Shown piece after piece: positions 12,110-24,339 of a stretch of 58,047 bases of DNA. Positions within the stretch are counted from its first letter, which is position 1; each line of letters opens with the position of its first letter. The position numbers were made by a program, and so were the translations under genes. The stretch lies in contig NC_068988.1 of NCBI RefSeq assembly GCF_001194135.2, positions 77,990,593 through 78,048,639 on the forward strand, in the 5' to 3' direction. Source of the stretch: Octopus bimaculoides (lineage: Eukaryota). Below the pieces are notes generated by a model. The model was not told where the DNA came from and ran no database searches. It saw only the letters and a list, made by a program, of their open reading frames with translations.

Positions 12110-14007
12110 ACATCCCTCCCCAAATCAAGGACTTAGAAGACTTTGAAACAGATCTACTGAAGCTTATAAACAAAACCAAATTTCATAAGTCCTTTTCAAT
12201 AGAAACTGAAAAAAAGACATTAAAAACATTAAAAATTCCAAAAACACGGTACTTTTTTCTAATAAAACCAAGAACATATATCTTGTAGACAGCAGCACAT
12301 ACTCACAACTCCTACATAACAATGTTATTAATAATTACACTAAAGCTAGACTGCAATTTATAATGACATTAATAAAGAAGTTAGTATCATCACTGCTAGG
12401 TTTAAATTAGATGAAAAATAGAAAACCTTCCAAAAAAAGAAACCTTTATAACTATTAAGGACTATTAAAAAAAACTTCCTATCTAATCCTAAATGCAGAC
12501 TAATTAACTCTGCAAAATCAGAAATTGGTATAATTAGTAAGGAAATCTTTTTAAAAATCAATGCTAAAGTTAGAGGGGTAACTAATGTAGTACAATGGTT
12601 CAATATTATAGAAGTTGTTAACTGGTTTTAAGCAATTAGAAAATAAGAATAAAGAAAGATTTGCACAATTTGATATTGTAGATTTCTATGCATCTATTTC
12701 TAGAAAACTGCAAGCGGTTTTACAGAGATTAGTGAACAAGATAAGGATATAATCCTCCATGTTAGAAAGACCTTACTCTTCAGTGACAACACAGAGTGGG
12801 TCAAGACAGCAGACACAGAAGGTTCATTGAATGTGAGCATGGGGATCATATAAAGGAGCAGGCATATGCGATGTCATTGAGCTATTCCTGCTTGACACAT
12901 AAGGAAAAGCTTTTCCTGGAGTAGATTTCACTATTTATAGGGATGATGCTCTAGCTTTAGCTAAGAATATCAATGGACCAGCACAAGATCTGTTAAGGAA
13001 GGATATTATCTATCTTATGAAAACATTCGATCTTAGCATAACAACAGATACCAAACTGACAGTTGTCAGTCTCCTTGACATATCTCTAGATTTACTAAAG
13101 AATATTTACAAACCTTATCGAAAATCCAATGATAGACTTAGTTATATTAATATAGGTTCCTTCCACCCCCTCCCATAGTGTTTAAGAATTTCGTTAAGAA
13201 TATTAATAGGAGAATTTTTAGCCTCTCCTCCAATATAAACATATTTAATAATGCTGCCCCACTATATAACAATGCCCTTAAGGGCATTGTGGATTTAAAG
13301 ATGAAATAGCTTACACACCTACTATTAGGCCAGAAATAAAGAAAAGAAAACATAGACACAGGAAAATTATCTGGTTCACATCCCTTTACTCCCCCAAATT
13401 AACCTTTAATATAGGTAAATATTTCTTGTCACTTATAGATAGGCATTTGCCGATATATCATAAATATAGGCAACTCTTTGATAGGAATAACCTAAAAATT
13501 AGTTTTAGTTCAACCCCAAACTTTAAAAACACAATTTCACACAATGCAACCCAACAGTACGAAGCCAGCTGTTCCAGCAAGGATAAAGACTTGTGCCTGC
13601 TAAATGGAGTCTGTATGACTGAGGCCATTATTTATGAAGCCACCATAAATTCTACGAACGCTAATAACACAGTTTCATCTAAGAGATATATGAGTCTTAC
13701 AGAGGTAAATTTCAATGCAAGGTTCAACAATCACACTTTAAGCTTCAGACACTGGAAAAAATGAAAAACTACCAAATTATCCAGTTATATATGGTTCTTA
13801 AAAGAACAAGGTGTCAACTACAGAATTTATTGGAAGGTCTTAGCCAAGTGTAAACCTTATACCAATGGTAGTGGCAAGTGTGGTTTTTGTAATATGGAAA
13901 GATGGCTCATCTGGAAAAGTTCCTTGGACCCCGCTACATGTCTAAATTTAAGAACTGAACATTTTGGATCATGTCCACATGTGACAAAATATTTCTTACG
14001 GTTTTAG
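12110..14007 (+). mobile_element. Penelope-like element, decayed RT plus C-terminal GIY-YIG
   Basis: PKCRLINSAKSEIGIISK, RFAQFDIVDFYASIS, IYRDDAL, YKPYRKSND..YINIGSFHPP, RKIIWF, CLLNGVCMTEAIIYEAT...YMSLTE.NFNARFNNH..SF, CKPYTNGSGKCGFCNMER; frameshifts and stops present. Confidence 0.92.
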
Positions 14008-14369
14008 GCCCCACCAAATTTACGGCCAGAATCCACATTTTTACTATGTTCCTGCATAAGCTTCCCATATGTCTTAACTTCTTTTAATTTTTAATGTTTT
14101 AATTTTTTATTTTTTATACATAGTTTTTCATTTTTTCATTTTTAATTGTGTGAATGTGTACGTGTGTGAGTATATGTATATATATGTATATATTTTATAT
14201 GTATATGTGTGTGCATGTGAATATATGTGTATATGTATGTATATGAGGGTAAAACTGTGTCCGGTGCATAAGTGCAACTTTCATGCACATGTCCCCTTCA
14301 TTTATACAGATATTCATATATATCTGTATATATACAAGTGTGGGTGTGCGATAGGAGGATGTATATGTG

Positions 14370-14410
<41 letters not shown>

Positions 14411-14558
14411 GTATATGCATGTATGTGGGAGCGTGAATGTATGTCTGTATATGTATATTTATATGTATAAATGTCTAAATATATATGTATTATGTTGTGT
14501 GTGTGAAGCCGCATCACTCAGTGGTTAGAGCATTGAGCTTATGAGGATGAGGTTGTAT

Positions 14559-14591
<33 letters not shown>

Positions 14592-14813
14592 CATGAGAGC
14601 ATGTATGTTTGAGTACATACATACACATATATGTTTGAGTGTGTGTATGTGCATGTACATGTTTGTGTGAGTGTGTAAGTATGTAGATGTTGTGAACGCA
14701 GAAGGTTTATGTCTATGTATTGTGAGAATATGGTTGCGTGTAATCTTTATCTTTTTTCTTTTTCAAACTATTAAAGTAACTTCTCTTTTATTCAACAGTT
14801 TTTCATAGCGTCT

Positions 14814-14891
14814 GTTGCCATTAATAGCTGACAAGAATGCAGTGTAGCTCTTCGCTCCAACATTCGAAGTGCCGAGTACTATAATGACAAC
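14814..14891 (+). ncRNA. Decayed type I hammerhead ribozyme downstream of a PLE
   Basis: Long stem I GUUGCCAUUAAUAG/CUAUAAUGACAAC; CUGACAA (for CUGANGA) 14828-14834; stem II GAAUG/CAUUC; GAAG (for GAAA); GUA at 14876-14878. Confidence 0.6.
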
Positions 14892-15373
14892 TTTTTACGG
14901 TTTATTCTAAATTATAACATATAAGTATCCTCTATTTATCTAATATCAAGGTCTCATTCTTTTGTTGTTACTTTTTATTATTATTATTATTATTATACAC
15001 AAACACATACACTCTCGCACATATATAATGTATGCATAATTGTATTCTAATGTCTATTAGTTCATCAGTGCCTTGGGAGGTGGTTGATTAAATATGTCTA
15101 GGTATTGATTTAATTTCTGCTAATTTATACACAAATGGATTTTCTCAGTTTCTACAAGCATTGCCGCAGTAATACTCTTGCTTCATCATCTCATCTTAAG
15201 GTAGTTCAATTATGATGATAATGAACCTTTTGTCTAATTTATGATTAATGTCAGCATATAATTGCTTATATGGATTACAAAAACAATGACACAAACATGA
15301 CTATATAGGTGGTCATTATTGATATTTTATGTGAGCATATATATAGTTACACACACGCACGCACGCACACACA

Positions 15374-15413
<40 letters not shown>

Positions 15414-16132
15414 AATATGTGAGTGCGTGCGTGTATATATATGTCTATATATAAAATTCATGTAAGTGGTCATGTTTTGAATGACGTAAGCAAAAGATTC
15501 TCAATGAATTGACATTTACCCACTGGCTGAAGAAAAAACAAAAACTTAACAGCCTTTGAATTACTGGCCTGGATTAAAAAATGCAAAAAACAAAAACAAG
15601 AAAAATCCCAAAGAAAAGAAACTGAAACTTTCATGATATAAAGGTTTAACTTCAAATTTCACAGAAAATTAATTTTCATGCTTAGAGGTAAAATGTGATC
15701 TTAAGCAAATAGTGTGACAGACAGGAGCATAGACATCTCATGAAAACTATCATCAATGAAGAAAGTGTTAGGAAATCTTTGGAGTAGTATAGTTTGCATA
15801 GTGGCAAAAGGTGGAAGGAAGAGATATAAATAAAGTAGGCCAATGGCATAAATTTAATTACTACTGACAGCAATTAATATATTGATGGTAAATGGTACTG
15901 AATCTCAAGGAAAATGGTATGTAATTTAGAAAATTAAAAACTAATTTCACAGAAAATTAAATTTTCATATTTAATGGGAAAATCTGATGTTTGTTAACAG
16001 ACAAGATAACATCTAGCAGGTGTGTCCATCGTAGTAACTTCATAAAACCTTTACTGTGTAAAACAGCTTTCTCAAGCATGTTTAGATCAGTGCAGATAGA
16101 AAGCAAATTATATAAACAATTTGCATATTTAG

Positions 16133-16495
16133 GCGCAGGAGTAGCTGTGTGGTAAGTAGCTTGCTTACCAACCACATGGTTCCGGGTTCAGTCCTACTGT
16201 GGCACCTTGGGCAAGTGTCTTCTACTATAGCCTTGGGTCGACCAAAGCCTTGTGAGTGGATTTGGTAGACGGAAACTGAAAGAAGCCTGTCGTATATATA
16301 TGTATGTATATGTTTGTCCCCCCAACATCACTTGACAACCGATGCTGGTGTGTTTATGTCCCCCAGCAAGACAGACCAATAGAATAAGTACTAGGCTCAC
16401 AAAGAATAAGTCCTGGGGTCGATTTGCTCGACTAAAGGTGGTTTTCCAGCATGGCTGCAGTCAAATGACTGAAATAAAAAAGAAACAATAAAAGA
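16133..16495 (+). mobile_element. tRNA-derived SINE, family A
   Basis: Near-identical to 2707-3134. Confidence 0.9.
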
Positions 16496-16879
16496 AGAAT
16501 TTACTAACTGTGAAGTAAGTGTGCAGTTAACATGAATTTAGATAATTAGTAATGTACTAAATGAATGTTAGTATAGAACTTTCATAACTCAGCTTTCGGA
16601 TATAAAAGAATTCCTTCTAAATAGTCTAGTTAAATCTAGCTTTTAGAAAGATATGTTACTGATTAACACCAAGTAGAATACCGTTTGAAAGAAGTATACC
16701 AAATAAGAACATGAATAAAAAATGCAATTTATGTACAGCTGAGAAGAGTCATTCTTAAAAAATTTTATTATTTCATTTCATTTTTGTATTTGATTTGCAA
16801 GATTCTTTTTGTAGATTCATGTTTTGAAACATGTTTTGTTGTGTCTGGGGAGAGTCGTTGTTATTAATTAACACACTCA

Positions 16880-17280
16880 CTGGTTCAATTTCTTTTTTGT
16901 TTGTTTGTGTGCATGTGTGTGCATCAGTGTGCATGTCTATACACATATGTATGCATGTATGTATGTATATTTATATATATATGTATGCATCTGTGTGCAT
17001 GTATGCATATATATATATATGTATGCGTGTGTACGTTTGTATCTATGTATTCTGCATATTCACGTGTTTATGTGTTTGTACATGCGTGTGTTATGCATGG
17101 ATCTGTGTCTCCATATGTGTCCGTGTGTGTGGAGTGTGCATGTGTGTATATAATCATGCTTTTCCATCTGCTTTTGTGTATGTATATGTATGTGTTCTTG
17201 TCTGTTCGTATTACTTATGTACCTATCTATCTACATATCTATATGTTTGCCCACAGATAGATATCCATTTACCTACCTAT
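16880..17280. repeat. Degenerate (TG/TA) low-complexity tract abutting the gap at 17281-17378
   Basis: Direct read. Confidence 0.85.
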
Positions 17281-17399
17281 NNNNNNNNNNNNNNNNNNNN
17301 NNNNNNNNNNNNNNNNNNNNNNNNNNNNNNNNNNNNNNNNNNNNNNNNNNNNNNNNNNNNNNNNNNNNNNNNNNNNNNAACTGTGGGTTTTGGGGTATC

Positions 17400-19150
17400 A
17401 CTACCTTCTATGTGTATCTCCTATTTAGTATGGGGGATGTTTCGGTTATGCGGACATACCCCTGTATTTGTCTGACTGTTGAGTCTTTTGAGTGCTTGGA
17501 TAAAATGCAGATGTCAAGTCGACTCAGTGTGCCTCCGTGTTGGTCTTTGGCATATTAGTAGAGTATGGAGGACTGGTTTTTGTCATCATATTGTCTCGAA
17601 TGTTCATCTAATCTCTCTGCAATGCTTCTAGATGTCTCACCAATGTATGCCATGTTCTTGTCTTTACAAGCACCTTCTATGCACTTTATGTTGTAGACTA
17701 CATTTCTAGTTCTACAGTTAATGCCAGGGTTAATCTTACATACCATGCAGTTATCATTGGTGCATGTGATATTCTCAAAGGGGTACGTCCTACATAACTG
17801 TAATCTGATGGAGCTCCCTGGTTTTTCAATGATCTTAATGCTGAGTTTGGTTACCTTCAGAACTTTCCTAAATCTTCAGGCTAGATCTCTAAGGGCTGTG
17901 GCCTCTACAAACATCATTCCTTGATATTTGTCAGCCTTGTGCCATGTGTTCACCCTATTTGCTTTGTCACAAACTCTCTGTATCCTATTCCAGTCTTTAC
18001 CTCTGTATCTAGGGTAGGTACCACTGATTTCATTACATATAATGCTATCTAATTTCATTCTAGCTCCTCTGTATACCTACGCCCTATCTTTTTGGTCATA
18101 TTCAGAGAATTGCATGTGGTGCATGAAGTTCTGTACATGTTTCCTTGTTTCATAGGGTTTGCATAGGGGGTACATGTTATTCATTATGCTAAGTCTGTTA
18201 TCAGTATGTTAATTTTCATGTTGTGTGACAAAGCTGAGTTCTTGTGAACAATATATTTAGAAGCTATGGGCCTCATGTAATAGGAGTAGAGGAGCTGCAC
18301 TCTGTTGTTCAGTCTCTGACCAAAGTTCAGTGTCAAGGACGGGAATCTATTATTAGGGTGCCTAGTGGGGTGATCTATAGTTACCTTGATACTTTGGTGG
18401 ATGGAATTAGCTACTTGCTGGATGCTTTCTGTTATGCTCCTCAGTTTCTACACTACATTTACCAAGTTTTTTCCTAACTAGAATATTGATATCATCTACT
18501 TACCCATAGTAAAGCAATACAGTTGTGGATTGTTCAGCTAGGGATTGTTTAAGTTTTCTGTCCCACCAGATCATGAAGAGGCTAGCCACATCTCCAGCCA
18601 CACTGACACCAATGGCTGCATCTTGAACCTGTATATAGTTTCCAGTTAAACTTTACTATGTGGTTCTTCAAGGTGGTCCTTATGCTAGCCCCTATTGCAT
18701 GTGCAATCATTCTTTCCATCTGATTGTTGCTCTCAGGGCTCTGGGTGGGTGTGGTCCAGCCACTCCAGTGCTCTGCTGTGCTTTTCTTCACTGCCGATGT
18801 GATGGTGAGTGGTCTTCCCCTCTGTGACCCGCTGGGGCAGAATCTATTAAGGTCATGATTGTCTAGGTAGTTGCAGTCATAGCTGAGTTTAAGGAGGAGG
18901 CCCAGTTCCCTCATGTTTACTTCATGGAACTCTGCTTCACTCTTACAGATAATTTCAATGCATTTTTCCACAGCAAAACCTATGTCTATAGATAGGTAGA
19001 GAAAAACTACATCCATACTACCCACTCCACAACCTGCAAGGTCATTGGAGCGGTTGCAACTACTGACTCCACTAAGGAGATCCTCTGTGCTCACACAGAC
19101 ATCTTGGGACATTTCAATGAGTGGTCGTAACATTTGTGAGAGGAAGTATT
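17400..19150 (-). mobile_element. Penelope-like element of a second clade (Naiad-like by inference), RT plus GIY-YIG, decayed
   Basis: GSMDVVFLYLSID; long insert; QVQDAAIGVSVAGDVASLFMIWWD; YG*VDD; YYMRPIASKYIVHKNSAL; CxxxxCMVC..NCRTRNVVYNIKC..C..YIGETSRSIAERLDEH. Confidence 0.9.
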
Positions 19151-20014
19151 ATTATTATTCCTCTAATCAACTAAATGTAATGTCTGAAATTTTTCTGGAA
19201 TGTCTCCATTTCAATAAGTATTTTCTAGAACTTGCAATTTATAACCATCATAGGACTGAATTTTCTTTCATCCATTCTTCACTTTATAGTTTTTATCTTT
19301 ACATATAGTATTGAGTCCCTCTCTACCTGTCCCTAAACCATTCTTATTATGTATTTCATCTATCAATAGACATATTCGTGTTTTACACGTACATGTATAT
19401 CTGGATATGTACATATGCAAGAGGCATTCAGTGTATTTATACACTTTATTGGCTGAAATACTCAACTGAACTCATCTTATCTCCACTGCTTCCTTGAATT
19501 CATTCAAAATGCTTTTTCCTTCCAACTGGAATTTTTCTCTCTCTTTCTCTCACACTTTATTTTTTTTATTTATTGTAAAGTCATTTATGTCCACCATTTG
19601 CTTTCTTATCTTTTCCTTTTGTCTTTTCTTCTTTCTCTTTTTGCTTAACCAATTTTACTGTATTTCATTTCAATATGCTATACGTAGCTTCTGTTCTTAT
19701 TAGGATGTAACACTTTGCACTCATTGCTTACTAGTTTTCCATGCAACACAAAAAGTAGCCATGTATGAATTGGTAATATTATTATCTGAAGTTACATAGA
19801 TAACTGTGTATGAAACTCTATCTCAACTCCCTCTCTTTCATATATCTAAACATATTTTATACACACACACACAAACTATAAACATGTATTTTATATGTGT
19901 ATATATAGATACATACATACATACACACATACATACATATACATATGCCTATATATATATATATGCATTCCATCTTTAAAGTCCATCCTGTCATAATCCC
20001 AAATGTAAAACTTT

Positions 20015-20105
20015 CCCCTGAAGATGGAGGTGGTGTTACCCAATAATGGAACCAAATAACTATCATTATTCCAGACCACCAAGTCCCCAGAAACAGCTGT
20101 CGGAC
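20015..20105 (+). ncRNA. Type I hammerhead ribozyme candidate, intact core
   Basis: CUGAAGA 20018-20024; extended stem II (UGG/CCA, GGUGGU/ACCACC, AAUAAUG/CAUUAUU); GAAA 20090-20093; palindromic stem III ACAGCUGU; GUC cleavage after 20101; stem I short (CC/GG). Confidence 0.7.
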
Positions 20106-20459
20106 TCATAAAATTCAACCCATTCAACTCTTGATATCATTTATATTCTGTGTAAGTTGAACTATTTAATATCCATACACATGTACATTTTTTGTATTGA
20201 ATATATCTAATATTCTGTGTATATTGACTTGCTTAGGCTTGTTTAAGTTCAAATCTCTTGAGCCCTTTGAAGAATATTTTATATAGAGAACACCTGTCTC
20301 CAGCCTATAAACTATCTGCCTACACATACACACACAGGCGCATGCGCACGCACACACACACACATACATATATTATGTATATGCAGATTTTGTATTATCA
20401 ACTGACAGCTCATTAACTAGTCAATTGTTTGATCAATGTTTGATCAATCATTTGCTTTA

Positions 20460-20672
20460 AGGAGGAGGCCCCAGTTCCCTCATGTTTACTTCATGGAACT
20501 CTACTTCACTCTTACAGATAATTTCAATGCATTTTTCCACAGCAAAACCTATGTCTATAGATGGGTAGAGAAAAACTACATCCATACTACCCACTCCACA
20601 ACCTGCAAGGTCATTGGAGCGGTTGCAACTACTGACTCCACTGAGGAGGTCCTCTGTGCTCACACAGACATC
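20460..20672 (-). repeat. ~213-bp near-identical copy of PLE RT segment 18893-19103
   Basis: Same text with only a handful of substitutions; encodes SMDVVFLYPSID. Confidence 0.9.
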
Positions 20673-20815
20673 AGTCGTTTGCTTCTTGAGTCCTTTTGTC
20701 ATAGTCTGTGACCTTATTGCTGAAATACTCATATCCAGTCTTCTGTTCTTTTCATTTATCTATGTCTTCTGTCTTTCATTCTTTTCATTTTTCTATATTT
20801 TTGATTCAGTGTTTA

Positions 20816-22169
20816 TTAGGTTGTCAAGAAAGTTCTTGCAGTTTTTAACCTTTAAATTCTGATGCACATATCTTGGCTCAAACAAAACTTTATTAATCGA
20901 AAATAAACACAATCAGAATCAACACACTTTTGCCAACGCGAAACAAGTTTATTTATGCCAGTAGCATAAAAATCCTGCATTCTGGTTGCAATGAAGTCGT
21001 TGAAGGCATATTTGCTATCGTCTTGGTTTTTGATGCCTTTCTCACACAGGAATTTGTCGAGATGCTTGAAAAAGTGGCCTTCAGTAGGTGAGAGTCTGGT
21101 GAGTATGGCGGATGAGGCAGAGTTTTGTAGCCCAATTCATTCAACTTCTGTAGGGTCAGTTGTGTGATGTGCAGCCTAGTGTTGTTGTGGAGAAGGATTG
21201 GTCCTTTTCTATTGACCAATGCTGGCTGTTGTTGTTGGAGTTTCTTATGCATTTCATCCATTTGCTGACAGTACTTCTCCACTGTAATGGTTNNNNNNNN
21301 NNGTTGTTGGAGTTTCTTATGCATTTCATCCATTTGCTGACAGTACTTCTCCACTGTAATGGTTTCGCCTGGATCCAAAAAGCTGTGATGGATGAGACCG
21401 GCTGTAGACCACCAAACAGTCACCCTGACCTTCTTTTGGTGCAACTTTGGCTTCGGGAAGTGCCGTGGAGCTTCGTCAGTGTCCAACCACTGAGCTGAGC
21501 ATTGCCGGTTGTCGTAAAGAATACACTTTTCATTGCAACTCACAATCCAGTTGAGAAACGGGTTCTTCTTGTTGCGTAAAAGAAGGGAAGATGACACTTC
21601 AAAACGGTATTTTTTTTGGTTGTTGTTCAATTCGTGCAGCACCCATTTCCCAAGTATTTTTGTTTTTCCAATCTCTTTTAAGTGGTTGGAAATTGTCGTA
21701 TTCATTACATCTAATTCAGAAGCAATCTTTCGAACAGTTGTGTGTGGATTGGCTTCAACTAAGGCTCTTAGTTGATTGTTGTCAACATCCATTGGCCAAT
21801 CACTATGTTTGTCATCTTCAAAACTCTCGTCAGGGCTACGAAATTTTTTGAACCACCATTGTGCTGTATGTTCATTAGGGGTTCCTTGGTCAAATGCATC
21901 ATTGATATTGCGAGCTATTTCAGCAGCTTTTTGGCTTAGCTTGAACTCGAATAAGAAAATTGTGTGAATTTGCTTTTTATCCATGTATTCAACGTTCTGA
22001 AAATATGGCCTAATTATTAAAAAAAAAAAAGAGTAACACGATTTGATAGAGTGAAAAATGGGGTTTAAAATGAGGTATAAAGTCAAAGTAATTTAACGAA
22101 AATTAATTTGCAAATACATCATTTAAAACCAAAATTTAAAATTCCGCAAGAACTTTCTTGACAACCTAA
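20816..22169 (-). mobile_element. Near-full-length mariner (cecropia subfamily, Hsmar1-like), inactive
   Basis: TA-flanked TIRs TTAGGTTGTCAAGAAAGTTCTTGC; transposase from the ATG at 21984: MDKKQIHTIFLFEFK...WVLHEL...SCNEKCILYDN...HNNTRLH...HPPYSPD, then a frameshift. Confidence 0.95.
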
Positions 22170-22476
22170 TATAATTCATAACGTTTGGTTTATATATGTC
22201 TTTGTATGTCATATAATAGGAGTGATTTCCATGTGAGTTCTATGGATAATGTCTGTGTGCAATTTGCATGAGTGCACAAGAGAGAGAGAGAGAGAGAGAG
22301 AGAGCTTGCTTGTTTGTTGTTTATTCTTGTGTGAGAGTGCATAGTGCTTATGTGAGAGATAGTGGTCATTAGCTTATGATGTCGGGTGGTTTTGAAGTTT
22401 TGATTTTATAGCTTTTGTTTCAATACAGTTATATTACAAACATGTATAAATTCATCCACTTATATATATATATATA

Positions 22477-23453
22477 NNNNNNNNNNNNNNNNNNNNNNNN
22501 NNNNNNNNNNNNNNNNNNNNNNNNNNNNNNNNNNNNNNNNNNNNNNNNNNNNNNNNNNNNNNNNNNNNNNNNNNNNNNNNNNNNNNNNNNNNNNNNNNNN
22601 NNNNNNNNNNNNNNNNNNNNNNNNNNNNNNNNNNNNNNNNNNNNNNNNNNNNNNNNNNNNNNNNNNNNNNNNNNNNNNNNNNNNNNNNNNNNNNNNNNNN
22701 NNNNNNNNNNNNNNNNNNNNNNNNNNNNNNNNNNNNNNNNNNNNNNNNNNNNNNNNNNNNNNNNNNNNNNNNNNNNNNNNNNNNNNNNNNNNNNNNNNNN
22801 NNNNNNNNNNNNNNNNNNNNNNNNNNNNNNNNNNNNNNNNNNNNNNNNNNNNNNNNNNNNNNNNNNNNNNNNNNNNNNNNNNNNNNNNNNNNNNNNNNNN
22901 NNNNNNNNNNNNNNNNNNNNNNNNNNNNNNNNNNNNNNNNNNNNNNNNNNNNNNNNNNNNNNNNNNNNNNNNNNNNNNNNNNNNNNNNNNNNNNNNNNNN
23001 NNNNNNNNNNNNNNNNNNNNNNNNNNNNNNNNNNNNNNNNNNNNNNNNNNNNNNNNNNNNNNNNNNNNNNNNNNNNNNNNNNNNNNNNNNNNNNNNNNNN
23101 NNNNNNNNNNNNNNNNNNNNNNNNNNNNNNNNNNNNNNNNNNNNNNNNNNNNNNNNNNNNNNNNNNNNNNNNNNNNNNNNNNNNNNNNNNNNNNNNNNNN
23201 NNNNNNNNNNNNNNNNNNNNNNNNNNNNNNNNNNNNNNNNNNNNNNNNNNNNNNNNNNNNNNNNNNNNNNNNNNNNNNNNNNNNNNNNNNNNNNNNNNNN
23301 NNNNNNNNNNNNNNNNNNNNNNNNNNNNNNNNNNNNNNNNNNNNNNNNNNNNNNNNNNNNNNNNNNNNNNNNNNNNNNNNNNNNNNNNNNNNNNNNNNNN
23401 NNNNNNNNNNNNNNNNNNNNNNNNNNNNNNNNNNNNNNNNNNNNNNNNNNNNN
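22477..23453. other. Assembly gap flanked by (TA)n
   Basis: N run. Confidence 1.
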
Positions 23454-23499
<46 letters not shown>

Positions 23500-23579
23500 T
23501 TACAAATATATACATACATATATGCTTTCATATGAATGCACATACACTCACACCAAACAGATCCACACCTTTTATCTTT

Positions 23580-23940
23580 TACTTGCTTTAGTCATCAGAC
23601 TGTGACCATGCTGGTGCACCACCTTCAAGAATTTTACTCAAGTGAATCAACCTAGTACTTATTTTTTCAAGCCTGCTACTTATTCTATAGGCCTTTCTTT
23701 ACCAAACCGCTAAGTGATGGGGACATAAAAACGCCAACAACCGTTACCGAAATGTGTCGGCGAACAACCACAGGCAGAAACACGCACGCACGCACGCACG
23801 CGCGATGTATATGGCAGGCTTCTATCTATCAAATTCACTCACAAGGATTTGGTTGACCTTACCCAAGGTGTTGCATCACATGAGATTGAACCCAGAACCA
23901 TAGGGTTAGAAAGCAAACTATTTACCATACGAATATGCCT
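23580..23940 (-). mobile_element. SINE family A, diverged
   Basis: Reverse complement of the family consensus seen elsewhere in the window. Confidence 0.75.
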
Positions 23941-24339
23941 GCATGCATATAAACACATACATATGTACACACATGGAATTGTCATTCCATATTTTTCAGG
24001 CTATTATCATTTTTGAATATATGTTTTGTCTTTTCTATTTGTCATCACGTTAACCCAGGTGGGAGTGCTAGCATGATTCTTACCACAGTGTTGTTTATGG
24101 GACTGTTATGTTTCTGTTTGACATACTGGTTTCTTTTTCTTCGACTCAAGTCAGTACTCATAGCCCATTTTTTTTCTACCATGCTGCAGCTCATCTCCTC
24201 TGTATGTTGTGATGATGTTCTTGCCTTCACATTTCATATCTCTCAAATAAAACACCAAATTTTTAACTTCTGCATTCATTGCACTTAGTATTTGTGCACA
24301 CAGTATTAGCACAAATGCTCTTTTTGAAAGAATATCTCA

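Noticed and set aside
15035-15075. Minus-strand CUGAUGA-A-CUAAU/AUUAG stem with GCA/UGC stem I
   Set aside because: The GAAA core and stem III are too degenerate; at most a relic
17870-17880. In-frame TGA in the Naiad-like PLE as possible selenocysteine
   Set aside because: Not at a Cys position; other stops and frameshifts show neutral decay
21232-21362. ~60-bp tandem duplication inside the mariner ORF (TITVEKYCQQMDEMHKKLQQ twice)
   Set aside because: It straddles a 10-N gap, so it is a contig-overlap artefact
9097-23543. Long ORFs of 340-398 aa spanning N runs
   Set aside because: Artefacts of translating assembly gaps
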